From the NCBI GenBank assembly GCA_949292905.1, contig CASFAV010000006.1:67456-131455 (forward strand): a stretch of 64,000 nucleotides of DNA. Direction: 5' to 3'. Below are positions 34,334 to 44,824 of the stretch, in pieces. Each line of letters begins with the position of its first letter. The stretch's first letter is position 1. The notes beneath the pieces were generated by a model. The model made no database searches, had not been told where the DNA came from, and worked only from the letters and a program-made list of their open reading frames with translations. Source of the stretch: an uncultured Eubacteriales bacterium (lineage in GTDB: Bacteria; Bacillota; Clostridia; Christensenellales; DTU072). The position numbers and the translations under genes are program-made.

Positions 34334-35530
34334 ATGAAACCCATTGAATATAAAGAATTGTTCGAACGCGAATTGTTCGAATCCTGCATACCCTTCTGGC
34401 TCGCGCACGGCGTGGACGAGGTGAACGGCGGACTGTATTCCTGCCTCGACCGCGAAGGCAACATCTATTCCACGGACAAGAGCGTGTGGATGCAAGGGCG
34501 TTGCGCATATATGTTCAGCAAGCTTTCCGATACTTTCGGCGCCCGCAAGGAGTGGCTCGATCTGGCGAAAAGCTGTCTCGATTTCCTCGAAGAACACTGC
34601 ATAGACTCCGACGGCAGGATGTATTTCACGGTGACCAAGGACGGCAGACCCCTGCGCAAGAGAAGATATATGTTCTCCGAGACCTTCTATATCATAGCCA
34701 ACGCCGAATATTATAAGGCTACCGGCGACGAAACGGCGCTCAAACGCGCGCGCAAATATTACGATTTTGTGTGCGCGATGTACGACGATCCGGCAACCGA
34801 TCCCTATAAGATCACCCCGAAAAGCGTTCCCGGCGTGCGCGACACGAAGGCGCTTGCGGTCCCGATGATACTTCTGAACGTCACCGCCGTTATGTTCAAG
34901 GCGGATAAAGAGCGTTACGATCTGTACGACAAGAGGGCACGCTCTCTCGTGGAAGACGTCAAAAGCTTCCGTTTCGGCGATACCGGCTTCATGCTCGAAT
35001 CCGTAGGGCTCAACGGCGAATATTACGGCGAGGTTTCCTCCGCCCGCGTCGTCAATCCCGGTCATTCGATAGAATTGAGCTGGTTCCTTATGGACGAAGC
35101 CGAACGCGAAGGCGACGACGAACTTTTCGCTTACGCGGAGCGTATATTCAATACGGCGATAGATTTCGGTTGGGACGCCAAATACGGCGGCATACTCTAT
35201 TTCCGCGATCTCGAGGGCAAGCCCGTCGAGGCTTACGAACACGACATGAAACTCTGGTGGCCTCATAACGAAGCGGTCATCGCCTCTCTTAAACTTTATA
35301 AAAAGACGGGGAACCCCAAATACTGGGAGTATTTCGAACGCGTAGCGGACTACGCTTTCAAGCATTTCTCCGATTTCAAATACGGCGAATGGTACGGCTA
35401 TCTCAGAAGAGACGGCAAGCCTACCGAACCCCCGTGCAAAGGTCATACCTATAAAGGACCTTTCCACGTGCTCAGAATGCTCACGCAGGGCATTGAGATT
35501 TTGACGGAACTCGCCGCGGAAGACAAATGA
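34334..35530 (+). CDS. AGE-family epimerase/isomerase (N-acylglucosamine 2-epimerase-like)
   Basis: 398 aa with an alpha/alpha-toroid-type sequence (..FWL.HG.D...GG...CLDREG...KS.WMQGR..; LWWPHNEA). ATG at 34334 follows GGAGG. Confidence 0.8.
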   Translation: MKPIEYKELFERELFESCIPFWLAHGVDEVNGGLYSCLDREGNIYSTDKSVWMQGRCAYMFSKLSDTFGARKEWLDLAKSCLDFLEEHCIDSDGRMYFTVTKDGRPLRKRRYMFSETFYIIANAEYYKATGDETALKRARKYYDFVCAMYDDPATDPYKITPKSVPGVRDTKALAVPMILLNVTAVMFKADKERYDLYDKRARSLVEDVKSFRFGDTGFMLESVGLNGEYYGEVSSARVVNPGHSIELSWFLMDEAEREGDDELFAYAERIFNTAIDFGWDAKYGGILYFRDLEGKPVEAYEHDMKLWWPHNEAVIASLKLYKKTGNPKYWEYFERVADYAFKHFSDFKYGEWYGYLRRDGKPTEPPCKGHTYKGPFHVLRMLTQGIEILTELAAEDK

Positions 35531-35564
35531 TCTGCGGACGGAATAAATTATTCGGAGGTAAACG

Positions 35565-37079
35565 ATGAAAAGAAAATTTATATTGGCGGTTTGCGCCCTA
35601 CTTACGTCGGTATTGCTGTTAGGCGTGCTCGCAGGCTGTAACGCTACGCCGAAAAGGGTGGCGGGAAGCGGAATTGCCGCAGGCTATCCCACAGTCACCA
35701 CGACCGTTGCGGAGCTTGACGGCGCCAACATAGTCGCCTACGACGGCGAACTCGCAGTCGTTACGAAACAGGATTCGAACACGAATTCCACTCTGACGGG
35801 AGTTTACAATTTTAAATTGTGCAAATTCGTGGTGCCGTTTGACGCGCAGAACGTCGACCTCGACGTGGACGCAAACGGTAACGTGTTCTGCACCGAAGAC
35901 GCGGACACCGGCAAGCTCACTTATTACGACAGAACGGGCGTCGTACTCGCGCAGAACGTCACTCCCGGCACCGTATTCAATGCGGGCGTTAACTTCGTGG
36001 AGATAGGCAACAACCTTTATAACGTGGCGGACGGCGCGCTGAAAAGTCAGGTGATCAAGGGCTTCGGTTACGACTCCGACATACTCCTCGCTTCCGTCGA
36101 GAGCGATAACTATTTTTACTACTTCGTAAGCACGGACTGCTTGAAGATATTCTCCAAGGAAACGGGCAGCGTCGCCACCATAATCGAAGCGGGCGATCTC
36201 GAATACAATTCTACCGTCGACACCTCCGTATTCGTGCTTTACGGAGATACGTTGATACTTCAATACGTCGACCGTCTGCCCGACGACGCGACCAAGTACG
36301 ATTTTGCCGAGTCCAACTCGAAATACGACATTCGCCACTATCTTTACGACGTGGAGAAGAATAAGACCAAGGAAATCAGAAAATTCAATTATTTCATTCA
36401 ACTGGCAAAAGTGCCCGCGGTAAACGAAGAGTATTACGGCGAATACGACGAGGACATCGTCAACGTGCTCGCGGTCAACAAGATCGAGGATAAAAAACTC
36501 AAGACGAATATTTCTCACCTGTCCGTCAGCGACACGTTGAAAGTGAAATTCGATTTTGACGACATAACCGAAAGAGCGGAATATGCCGTCGCTTTCGGCG
36601 AGGGCTACATCGTGACCACCAACGAAGGCTACAATTACGTATACAGCAAAAACAACAAGTTCGTGGCGCCTCTCGGCGACGCGGCAGTCAGCGGCAAATA
36701 CGCCGTAGTGGGCGGCAACATTTATACGCTCGAAGGCAAAGAGATGGTGAAGAAAGCCTCTTACGACGCCAATACCTATAATATAGTTTCGCTTGCGGGC
36801 GACTACGTATTGCTTGCGGGCGTGGCGGACGGAAAGTATTACGGATGCAACGTCGGCGCTCAGCCGCAGGCTTTCAGCGGAACGGTGAGCTATATAGCCG
36901 ATAGTCGCATATATGCCGTGACCGACGGCACGGGCGCCGTAGCGCTATATTCTCTTACCGGAGAGCAGCTGCTCAACGGTCTGAGCTCGTTTGACGTTCA
37001 GGCGACCTACACGGGAGAGGACGGCAAGGTCACCACGCTTGCGCTTATCAACGGAAGTCAGTATATAGTTATCAAATAA
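35565..37079 (+). CDS. lipoprotein of unknown function
   Basis: Lipobox LAGC. The 504-aa mature part is rich in beta-strand-type repeats. GGAGGT Shine-Dalgarno site. Confidence 0.7.
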   Translation: MKRKFILAVCALLTSVLLLGVLAGCNATPKRVAGSGIAAGYPTVTTTVAELDGANIVAYDGELAVVTKQDSNTNSTLTGVYNFKLCKFVVPFDAQNVDLDVDANGNVFCTEDADTGKLTYYDRTGVVLAQNVTPGTVFNAGVNFVEIGNNLYNVADGALKSQVIKGFGYDSDILLASVESDNYFYYFVSTDCLKIFSKETGSVATIIEAGDLEYNSTVDTSVFVLYGDTLILQYVDRLPDDATKYDFAESNSKYDIRHYLYDVEKNKTKEIRKFNYFIQLAKVPAVNEEYYGEYDEDIVNVLAVNKIEDKKLKTNISHLSVSDTLKVKFDFDDITERAEYAVAFGEGYIVTTNEGYNYVYSKNNKFVAPLGDAAVSGKYAVVGGNIYTLEGKEMVKKASYDANTYNIVSLAGDYVLLAGVADGKYYGCNVGAQPQAFSGTVSYIADSRIYAVTDGTGAVALYSLTGEQLLNGLSSFDVQATYTGEDGKVTTLALINGSQYIVIK

Positions 37080-37151
37080 TGTGCGGCGGGGCGGCGGCAA
37101 GCCGCCCCGCGTCCTGCCCAAACGTTTAACGCTATCGACGGAGCGGCATTT

Positions 37152-37583
37152 ATGGAATATGTGAAAAAGGGCGGCGTTATAGCTGTGCGGCTCGTAAAGG
37201 GCGAAGAAATAGTCGCTTCGGTAGCGGCTGTGGCCGAGCGGGAAAATATTTCCGCGGCTTACGTGAGCGGAATAGGCGCGGTAGGGCGCGCCACGATAGG
37301 CGTGTTGCGTACCGCGGATAAGAAATACATTAAACGCGACCTCGAAGAAGATATGGAAATAGCTTCGCTTACGGGTAACGTTTCCGTAGGCGCGGACGGG
37401 AAACCGTATCTTCATCTGCACGTCGTTCTGGGCGGCACGGGGAGCGTTTACGCGGGACACCTGAACGAAGCGCTCGTGAGCGCCACCGCAGAGATATTCA
37501 TAACCACGTTCGACGCGGGAATAGGAAGATATTACGACGAAGATACCGGACTTAACCTTATGAAATTTGAAGAACTGAAATGA
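37152..37583 (+). CDS. PPC (DUF296) domain protein
   Basis: ...RLVKGEEIVASV...ISAAYVSGIGAV...HLHVVLGG pattern. Confidence 0.75.
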   Translation: MEYVKKGGVIAVRLVKGEEIVASVAAVAERENISAAYVSGIGAVGRATIGVLRTADKKYIKRDLEEDMEIASLTGNVSVGADGKPYLHLHVVLGGTGSVYAGHLNEALVSATAEIFITTFDAGIGRYYDEDTGLNLMKFEELK

Positions 37584-38008
37584 AAGCGCTTATATTGCTC
37601 GGTAACCGCATGAACGACGACGGCAGTCTGAGCGAGGCGATGCTCATAAGGCTTGCGCTCGCGGAAGCGCGTTACCGCAGAGGGGACGTGGATCTGATAA
37701 TAGTTTCCGGAGGGCTCGCCAATCCGGTGGCGGGGCTGACCGAAGCGCGCGCGATGAAGAAGGCTCTCACGGCGCGCGGCATACCCGCCGACGCCGTGGC
37801 GGAAGAGGACGATTCGCTCACAACCGTGCAGAACGCGAAATACGCGGTGCCTCTCGCTCGCGCAAAGGGCGCCGACGAGATCGTGCTCTGTTCTTCGCGC
37901 GAGCATATAGAAAGGTGGTATCTCAATCCCGTGCGCCTTTTCAGGCGCGCCATGCGGAAAGCGGGTTATGCTAAAAACGCGCTCGAAGTCTTTACCGACG
38001 AGCGATAG
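37580..38008 (+). CDS. YdcF/DUF218 family protein
   Basis: LILLGNRMNDDGS...IIVSGG...TEA..M motif. ATGA overlap with the previous gene. Confidence 0.75.
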   Translation: MKALILLGNRMNDDGSLSEAMLIRLALAEARYRRGDVDLIIVSGGLANPVAGLTEARAMKKALTARGIPADAVAEEDDSLTTVQNAKYAVPLARAKGADEIVLCSSREHIERWYLNPVRLFRRAMRKAGYAKNALEVFTDER

Positions 38009-38030
38009 CGGAATATGAACGCAGACGAAT

Positions 38031-38062
38031 AAAAGCCGCCCGTGAGGCGGCTTCGTTGTTTA
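38031..38062. terminator. stem-loop terminator between convergent genes
   Basis: AAAAGCCGCC-CGTG-AGGCGGCTT followed by CGTTGTTT. Confidence 0.65.
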
Positions 38063-38076
38063 ACGCGGAATGCGTG

Positions 38077-38778
38077 TCAGACTTTGCCCGAAAAATCGAA
38101 ATTCGTCGTAATGTAATCGACGCCGTAACGCATATAGTGGCGGGCGACGGCGCGCGAATTCACCGTCCATAGATTGACTTCGTGACCTATTTTGTGCGCC
38201 CTGCGTATGAGCGCGCCGCTACAGAAAGTGAACATAAGATCTATGTCGTAGCCTTTGGCGAGATACGCTCTACCCGACGTGGGGTATTTGCCGAGCACCT
38301 GAAGGCGTATCCTTCTGTTCATCGCTCTCAGTCTGGCGATGTTGACGAAATGGAAGCTTATGAATATGGCGTTGTCTATGCCTACGGTAGAGTCCACTAT
38401 TTCTACGAGCTCTTTGAGCTTTGCTTTGGAAGGCTTGCATTTCAGCTCGATGACAGGCACTTTGTTCCCGTCGCGGCAGATCTCCAGATAGGTTATCATC
38501 GGGCAGATGTAGCTCTCCGTCGCATTCTTTACGCTGCCCATCTTATTGAGATTCATCGGGAGAGTAAGGGCTTCCTTAAGCGTGATTTCGGATATCGAAA
38601 CCGACTCGTCTGCGAAAGGATTGTTGTCGTGACAGCATACCCATTCGTTGTCGGAGGTAAACCATACGTCCGTTTCTATGCCGTAAAAAAAGGGACTTGC
38701 CGCCGCCGCGCGGAAGGCCTTTTCGCTGTTCTGATAATATACCGAGCTCAATCCTCTGTGTGCTATAAATCTGGTCAT
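38077..38778 (-). CDS. glycerophosphodiester phosphodiesterase family protein
   Basis: FIAHRG....ENS..AF....GIETDV and ...NLWTVN motifs. Confidence 0.85.
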   Translation of the reverse strand: MTRFIAHRGLSSVYYQNSEKAFRAAAASPFFYGIETDVWFTSDNEWVCCHDNNPFADESVSISEITLKEALTLPMNLNKMGSVKNATESYICPMITYLEICRDGNKVPVIELKCKPSKAKLKELVEIVDSTVGIDNAIFISFHFVNIARLRAMNRRIRLQVLGKYPTSGRAYLAKGYDIDLMFTFCSGALIRRAHKIGHEVNLWTVNSRAVARHYMRYGVDYITTNFDFSGKV

Positions 38779-38784
38779 AATGCC

Positions 38785-38814
38785 TTGACTTCTCCGTAGT
38801 GCTTCTTATATAAT
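38785..38814 (+). promoter_or_regulatory. sigma-70-type promoter
   Basis: TTGACT, 18-nt spacer, TATAAT. Confidence 0.55.
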
Positions 38815-38894
38815 ATATTACTAAATTAAGCTAAAGTCAACAGTAAAATCGAAGCGGATGAAGGCAAGTTCGCATAAGGACAATAATATATCCT

Positions 38895-39647
38895 ATGAAA
38901 TTGTACGGCGATTATCACACGCATACTTTATATTCGGACGGGGTGGGCTCCATCGAAGCCAACCTTAACGCCGCACGTAAAAAGGGCTTGTCCGCAATCG
39001 CCATATCGGACCACGGCTTCAATAATCCGAGCCCGTTCTCTCTCCGCTACGCCACGGCGCAGATGCAGTCCCGAAGACTGGAGATTCTTCGCGACGACTA
39101 CAGAGATCTCAGGATATATCACGCCATAGAAGCGGATATCATCAGTACCGAGGGCGATATAGACATGCGCCCCGAGCAATTCGAGCTGTTCGATTTTATA
39201 CTGGCGGGTTTCCACCGCTTTGCGCGTCCCTGGTCGCTCAAGGATTTTTTCAAGCTCTATATTCCCGCATACATCAGCGACGTCATACGTCCTTCCGGAG
39301 ACGTTATCCGCAGGAATACTCGCGCTTTCTGTCAGATGATAAAGCGGTATCCCGTAGGGATCCTCGCGCATATCGACGATATGTGCATAGTCAGCGCGCG
39401 CGAGGTCGCGAAGTGTTGCGCCGATTACGGCACCCTTCTCGAACTCAACGCAAAGCATATAGATCTTACCTATCGCTCCTTCGATCAGATACTTTCCACC
39501 GACGTGAAACTGATAGCCGATACCGACGCGCATTATCCGCAGAGGATAGGCTGTTTCGAACACGTCATAGAGTATCTTCTTCCTTATCCCGAAATATGGG
39601 AAAGAGTGGTAAACGCCCGTACGGAGGAAATAAAATTCAGGAAGTAA
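38895..39647 (+). CDS. PHP-domain (histidinol-phosphatase-like) metal hydrolase
   Basis: YGDYHTHTLYSDG, ISDHG and ...DTDAH motifs. No clear Shine-Dalgarno site. Confidence 0.8.
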   Translation: MKLYGDYHTHTLYSDGVGSIEANLNAARKKGLSAIAISDHGFNNPSPFSLRYATAQMQSRRLEILRDDYRDLRIYHAIEADIISTEGDIDMRPEQFELFDFILAGFHRFARPWSLKDFFKLYIPAYISDVIRPSGDVIRRNTRAFCQMIKRYPVGILAHIDDMCIVSAREVAKCCADYGTLLELNAKHIDLTYRSFDQILSTDVKLIADTDAHYPQRIGCFEHVIEYLLPYPEIWERVVNARTEEIKFRK

Positions 39648-39663
39648 GAATACTAATTCAGAT

Positions 39664-41187
39664 ATGGATAAGAGATCGGACGTTGCGGCTACCGTGAATA
39701 CCTCGGATAAAATGGGCAACATGTCCATCCCGAAACTGCTTTTCGGGATGTCGCTTCCGGCGATGTTTTCAATGCTCGTCCAGGCGTTGTACAACATAGT
39801 CGACAGCATATTCGTGGCGCGGATAAGTCAGGACGCGCTCACGGCGCTGACGCTCGCCTTCCCGATGCAGATGGTGGTGACCGCGTTCGCTATAGGTACG
39901 GGCGTCGGCGTCAACTCGCTCGTTGCGCGCAAGCTCGGAGAGGGTGACAAGGAGACCGCGAGCCAGGTAGCGCAGTTAGGGCTCATGCTCGCGCTCATAA
40001 TAGCGGCGTTTTTCGCGGGGATAGGCTACGTCACCGCCAAATATTATATCGGGCTTTTTACCGACGACGCCGTCATTTACGAAATGGGCTTCAACTACCT
40101 TGCGATAGTGATGACCTTCTCTTTCGGGCAGTGCATAGAGGTAATTCTCAACAAAACTCTCCAGGCTACCGGCAACATGCTCACACCGATGATCTCGATG
40201 CTGTGCGGGACAGCCACCAATATCATACTGGATCCGATACTTATCTTCGGCTACGTCGGCGCTCCCGCGATGGGTATCCGCGGCGCGGCGATAGCCACCG
40301 TTATAGGGCAGATAGTGGCGCTTATCGTTACTCTCACAGTGCTCATATTCCGCAAGCAGGAGATACACATTTTCTTCCGCAAAGGGTTCAGACCCACCAA
40401 AGAGAATTTCTTCGGTATAATGAAGGTGGGCGTGCCGTCGATAATCCTCAACGCCATAGGTTCGGTCACCACTACCGTCATGAACGCGATACTGATAGCA
40501 TATTCCAATACCGCGGTTGCGGTGTACGGCGCGTTCTATAAATTGCAGTCCTTCGCTTTCATGCCCATATTCGGACTTAACCAGGGCTCCATGCCGATAA
40601 TGGGTTACAATTACGGCGCGCATAACCGCACGAGGTTCGTAGCGACTTTCAAGCTCGCGCTCGTTGTGGCGGTGGCGATCATGTGTCTCGCTACGGCGCT
40701 GTTTATGTCGATACCCAACCTTTTCCTGATGCTTTTCAACGCCGACGCCAATATGATGTCGATAGGCGAAAGGGCGTTCAGGATGTTATCGCTCGGCTTT
40801 GTACCTGCGGCGTTCTCCGTCATATATACGGCGATGTTCACTTCGGTGGGCTACGGCACCCGCTCGATGTTGCTGATGCTTTTAAGACAGCTTATACTTT
40901 GCGTGCCGTTCATTTATGCGCTCGGCAAGCTTTTCGGTCTCGATTACCTGTGGCTCGGTTACGGTACTGCGGAACTTATCTCCGCTATAGCCTTCACTCC
41001 GGTCGCGGTATATACTTATCGTAAAATTTTTCCGGGTGCAAAATTGCGTGAATTGTTCGGAAGGGTGATAGAATCGCTTAAAGAAGCCGACGAAACGCCC
41101 GTCGAAGCCGGCGCGGAGAGAGCGGCGGGAGGCGCGGATACGACGGAGAGAGGATACGATCGCCCGGAAGAGGAAAGTAAAGAATAA
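39664..41187 (+). CDS. MATE family efflux transporter
   Basis: 12 TM segments. The PAMFSMLVQALYNIVDSIFV motif is duplicated in the second half. The start is uncertain (39664 or 39712). Confidence 0.9.
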   Translation: MDKRSDVAATVNTSDKMGNMSIPKLLFGMSLPAMFSMLVQALYNIVDSIFVARISQDALTALTLAFPMQMVVTAFAIGTGVGVNSLVARKLGEGDKETASQVAQLGLMLALIIAAFFAGIGYVTAKYYIGLFTDDAVIYEMGFNYLAIVMTFSFGQCIEVILNKTLQATGNMLTPMISMLCGTATNIILDPILIFGYVGAPAMGIRGAAIATVIGQIVALIVTLTVLIFRKQEIHIFFRKGFRPTKENFFGIMKVGVPSIILNAIGSVTTTVMNAILIAYSNTAVAVYGAFYKLQSFAFMPIFGLNQGSMPIMGYNYGAHNRTRFVATFKLALVVAVAIMCLATALFMSIPNLFLMLFNADANMMSIGERAFRMLSLGFVPAAFSVIYTAMFTSVGYGTRSMLLMLLRQLILCVPFIYALGKLFGLDYLWLGYGTAELISAIAFTPVAVYTYRKIFPGAKLRELFGRVIESLKEADETPVEAGAERAAGGADTTERGYDRPEEESKE

Positions 41188-41209
41188 CGTATAAGGCTTC
41201 GCCTTTATA

Positions 41210-41239
41210 AAAAGCGCCCGTTCGGGCGCTTTGATTTTT
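41210..41239. terminator. terminator between convergent MATE gene and gat operon
   Basis: AAAAGCGCCC-GTTC-GGGCGCTTT followed by GATTTTT. Confidence 0.75.
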
Positions 41240-41248
41240 CTGACGATC

Positions 41249-41674
41249 TTAACGGGAAGTGAGCTTATCCGCTATATCGGCGGCGGTCCTCACGCAAGTG
41301 ACGCAGGAGACGCGCTTCGCGTAATATTCGGGAGTGCGTTCGGAGGGGACCGAGGAAGCTTCCGACGCCGTTTTGAGGATGTCACGGCAAACGTAGCTGC
41401 CGAGCTCCGATTTGAATTCTTCCATGGCTTCGCGTGAGAGAGCGTAAATTTCGCGTTTGGAAAGCTCCGGACGGGCGTAGCCTACGATCATCAGCATGCC
41501 GCTCACGGCTCCGCATACTTCGCGCGCTCGCGCGAAGCCCGCTCCGAAAGGAGCCGACAAGGCTTTCATCATGTTTTCGTCCAGTCCCACTTTGGGAGCG
41601 AGCGCCATGGATACCGCTTGCGCGCAGGAAAGCCCCGTACGGAACAGCTCTTCCGCTTTGTCGGCATATCCCAT
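41249..41674 (-). CDS. C_GCAxxG_C_C family (putative redox-active) protein
   Basis: ...GLSCAQAV...CGAVSG...C...C pattern. The start lies 3 nt after the gatB stop and has an AGGAGG site. Confidence 0.8.
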   Translation of the reverse strand: MGYADKAEELFRTGLSCAQAVSMALAPKVGLDENMMKALSAPFGAGFARAREVCGAVSGMLMIVGYARPELSKREIYALSREAMEEFKSELGSYVCRDILKTASEASSVPSERTPEYYAKRVSCVTCVRTAADIADKLTSR

Positions 41675-41677
41675 ATA

Positions 41678-43093
41678 TCAGCCTCCTATAAGAGCGACGA
41701 GCTTTTTCTCCACCGCGGCGGCGTCCGCTTTGCCGCGCGTGGCTTTCATCACGTAACCGACGAGCGCCTTGATAGCCTGCGCTTTGCCGTTCCTGTAGTC
41801 GTTCACGGCGCGCGCGTTCGAAGCCACCGCTTCGGCGCACAGCTTGTCTATCGCGCCTTCGTCCACGCCCGCAAGATCTTCGGCAGTAAGATACGCCGCG
41901 GCGTCCTTGCCTTCCGCAAGCATCTTCTGCAAAGTCTGCTTCGCTATCTGAGCGTTGATCTTGCCTTCGTCCTGTAGTTTGACGAGCGCTACGAGTTGAG
42001 AGGGGGTTATTTTCAATTCGAAAGCTTCCTTCTCCTCCTCGGTCTGCATACCGCGGAATATCTGTCCGAGTATGAGGTTTGCGGCGAGCTTGGGATTCCC
42101 TTCGCGGGCGCAGGCGTTGAAGAAGTCAGATATCTTCTTGTACTTGACGATAAGGTCTGCTTCCGTCACGCCGAGCCCGTATTCTTCCACGTAACGCTTC
42201 TTGAGCGCTTGCGGGAGCTCCGGCATCGACAAGCGTATCGCCTCCACGAATTCGTCGGATACCTCTACGGTCAGTATGTCGGGTTCGGGGAAATACCTGT
42301 AGTCCTGAGCGTCCTCTTTACTGCGCATACTTTCGGTTGTTTGGGAACCCTCGTTATATCGTCTGGTTTCCTGGATAACCTTTTCTCCGCTGTCCAGCAC
42401 GTCGCATTGACGGGCGTATTCGTAGGCGAGCGCTTTCTCCATGAAGGAGAGCGAGTTCATATTTTTGATCTCAGTGCGCGTGCCGAAAGGTTCGCCTTCC
42501 TTATGAACCGAGATGTTGACGTCGCAACGCATGCTGCCTTCCTGCATCTTGCAGTCGGATACTCCGATATGGCGCATCGTTATCTGGAGCTTCTCCATAT
42601 ATTCGCGCGCTTCGGCGATGTCCGTGATGTCGGGTTCGGACACTATCTCGATAAGCGGCACGCCGCCGCGGTTATAGTCGATATAGGTGTAACCGTCTTC
42701 GTGAACGAGCTTTCCCGCGTCCTCTTCGACGTGGATATGATTTATCCTTATGCGTTTGCCGCTTGCAAGCTCCACGTAGCCGCCGACGCATATCGGTTCG
42801 TCGAATTGCGAGATCTGATAAGCTTTGGGGAGGTCGGGATAGACGTAATTCTTGCGGTCGAGGTGAGTGATCCTGCTTATCCTGCAGTTTGTCGCGAGCC
42901 CCGCGCGTATGGCGTAGGCGAGCACTTCCTTATTGAGTACGGGAAGGCTTCCCGGCTCTCCCGTGCATACCGGACAGCAATGCGTGTTCGGCTCCGCGCC
43001 GAACGCGGTGGGACAGGAACAGAATATCTTTGATTTAGTCTGTAGTTCGACGTGGGTTTCCAGTCCTATAACGAGTTTGTAGTCGCTTTTCAT
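41678..43093 (-). CDS. gatB: Asp-tRNA(Asn)/Glu-tRNA(Gln) amidotransferase subunit B
   Basis: MKSDYKLVIGLETHVELQTKSKIFCSC... The ATG at 43093 overlaps the gatA stop. The 94-codon Arg-rich extension of the track ORF is rejected. Confidence 0.95.
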   Translation of the reverse strand: MKSDYKLVIGLETHVELQTKSKIFCSCPTAFGAEPNTHCCPVCTGEPGSLPVLNKEVLAYAIRAGLATNCRISRITHLDRKNYVYPDLPKAYQISQFDEPICVGGYVELASGKRIRINHIHVEEDAGKLVHEDGYTYIDYNRGGVPLIEIVSEPDITDIAEAREYMEKLQITMRHIGVSDCKMQEGSMRCDVNISVHKEGEPFGTRTEIKNMNSLSFMEKALAYEYARQCDVLDSGEKVIQETRRYNEGSQTTESMRSKEDAQDYRYFPEPDILTVEVSDEFVEAIRLSMPELPQALKKRYVEEYGLGVTEADLIVKYKKISDFFNACAREGNPKLAANLILGQIFRGMQTEEEKEAFELKITPSQLVALVKLQDEGKINAQIAKQTLQKMLAEGKDAAAYLTAEDLAGVDEGAIDKLCAEAVASNARAVNDYRNGKAQAIKALVGYVMKATRGKADAAAVEKKLVALIGG

Positions 43094-44544
43094 ATTGTCA
43101 CCCCCATATCGAGAGTTACGTCGACGCTTCCCGCGCGCTCGAACGCTTCGGCTACGCGCAACACGGTGAGTTCGTCGAATTTTTTGCCTATTATCTGCAT
43201 TCCTATCGGCAAGCCTTTGCCGTCTTTGCCGCAGGGGAGAGATACGGCGGGCAGTCCCGCGATATTGACGGGGACGGTGCATATATCCGACATATACGTT
43301 TCTATCATATTGTCGGCGGTGTAATTCAGCGGGAAAGCGGTAGTGGGCGCGACGGGAGCGATAAGCACGTCGCATTTCCCGAATATGCCCGCAAAAGCGG
43401 TAACTATGCTTTCGCGCAGTCTGAGCGCTTTCTTGTAGTAAGCGTCGAAATAGCCTGAACTCAAAACGTAAGTACCCAGCATTATGCGGCGTTTGACCTC
43501 TCTGCCGAAGCCTTCGCTTCTGGTGCGCATCATCATGTCGTTGACGTCGTCGTAATGCGCGGCGCGGTATCCGTAACGGATGCCGTCGTATCTGCCGAGG
43601 TTACTGCTCGCTTCGGCGCAGGCGATAATATAATAAACGGGGAGGGCGTCCCTGAGCATCGGAAGGGAGACCTTCACTATTTCCGCGCCCGCTCCGGCGT
43701 AGAAATCCACGGCTTTGAGGACGGCATTCAGCGTTTCCTCGGAAATGCCTTCGAAATATTCTTCCGCCACGCCTATGCGCAGACCTTTGACGTTGCCGTC
43801 GAGTTTATCCGCCGCGGGCTCCGTGCCGCCCGAGGAAGTCTGATCGCGCTTATCCGCGCCCTTGATCGCGTCGAAAACTATCGCGGCGTCCTCCACGGAA
43901 GCGGCGATGGGTCCTATCTGGTCGAGAGAAGAGCCGTACGCTATGAGCCCGTAACGGCTTACCGCGCCGTAGGTTGGCTTGAGCCCGACAACTCCGCAGA
44001 ACGCAGCGGGCTGACGTATGGAACCGCCCGTATCCGAGCCGAGCGCGTACGTCGCGATACCCGCCGCTACCGCCGCCGCTCCGCCGCCCGAACTGCCGCC
44101 CGGAACGTAGCCCCTGTCGTGCGGGTTGTATGCGGCGCCGTAACAGGAAGTTTCGGTGGAGGATCCCATCGCGAATTCGTCCATATTGTTTTTGCCGAGC
44201 ACCACGGCGCCGTGAGCGCACAGCTTTTCGTAAACGGTGGCGTCGTAAGTGGGTTTATAACCTTTCAGTATCCGCGAACAGCAGGTCGTTTCCTCGCCTT
44301 TGGTGGCGATGTTGTCCTTGATCGCGAAAGGTATCCCCGTGAGAGTATCCGCTTCTCCGCGCGCGATCCGTTCGTCGGCGGCATTTGCCGCTCGCAACGC
44401 TTTTTCTGCGTTTACGGAAACGTAAGCGTTGATTTCGGGATTCAGAACTTCGATTTTTCTGAGGTATTCTTCCGTCAGTTCCACGGAAGATATCTTGCCC
44501 GAACGCAACAGATCGGCATATTTTCTTATCTTACCTGTTCCCAT
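43090..44544 (-). CDS. gatA: Asp-tRNA(Asn)/Glu-tRNA(Gln) amidotransferase subunit A
   Basis: Amidase signature GGSSGGGAAAVA and ...GSDTGGSIRQPA. Confidence 0.95.
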   Translation of the reverse strand: MGTGKIRKYADLLRSGKISSVELTEEYLRKIEVLNPEINAYVSVNAEKALRAANAADERIARGEADTLTGIPFAIKDNIATKGEETTCCSRILKGYKPTYDATVYEKLCAHGAVVLGKNNMDEFAMGSSTETSCYGAAYNPHDRGYVPGGSSGGGAAAVAAGIATYALGSDTGGSIRQPAAFCGVVGLKPTYGAVSRYGLIAYGSSLDQIGPIAASVEDAAIVFDAIKGADKRDQTSSGGTEPAADKLDGNVKGLRIGVAEEYFEGISEETLNAVLKAVDFYAGAGAEIVKVSLPMLRDALPVYYIIACAEASSNLGRYDGIRYGYRAAHYDDVNDMMMRTRSEGFGREVKRRIMLGTYVLSSGYFDAYYKKALRLRESIVTAFAGIFGKCDVLIAPVAPTTAFPLNYTADNMIETYMSDICTVPVNIAGLPAVSLPCGKDGKGLPIGMQIIGKKFDELTVLRVAEAFERAGSVDVTLDMGVTI

Positions 44545-44824
44545 CCGGCTTCCTCCTTTTTACGGGGAAATACCCGTTCTCGCCGCCGTTTACGTTGGAC
44601 AGCACGAGGTCTTGCGGCGAACATTCGCCGACGACGTCTTCGCGGAGAGCTTCCACGGGAGTCACCACTCCGCGGTAGGCTTCCGTTCCGGACACGGCAG
44701 AATCGATACGACCGGCAAACTCAACTATCTCTTCCATATCTTCGGTGAGACTTTCGAGTTCGTCGTCGCTCAATTTAAGCTTCGCGAGGCGCGCGAGCCA
44801 TTCGACTTCTTTTTTCTCTATCAT
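44531..44824 (-). CDS. gatC: Asp-tRNA(Asn)/Glu-tRNA(Gln) amidotransferase subunit C
   Basis: 97 aa with ...VEWLARLAKLKLSDDELE.., lying upstream of gatA with an overlap. Confidence 0.9.
   Translation of the reverse strand: MIEKKEVEWLARLAKLKLSDDELESLTEDMEEIVEFAGRIDSAVSGTEAYRGVVTPVEALREDVVGECSPQDLVLSNVNGGENGYFPVKRRKPDGNR

Noticed and set aside
37086-37110. GC-rich hairpin GCGGGGCGGC-GGCAA-GCCGCCCCGC after the lipoprotein gene, considered as a terminator.
   Set aside because: It has no U-tract on either strand, so it is not called an intrinsic terminator. It may still act as an mRNA 3' stabiliser.
43094-43375. 5' extensions of track ORFs: gatB (94 extra codons), and likewise 17589-18050, 26138-26260, 27661-27717, 30998-31108, 34208-34333, 49348-49440, 50289-50459 and 55248-55340.
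   Set aside because: The extensions overlap the upstream gene in another frame, are Arg-rich, and are followed by an internal start with a good Shine-Dalgarno site and a canonical family N-terminus.
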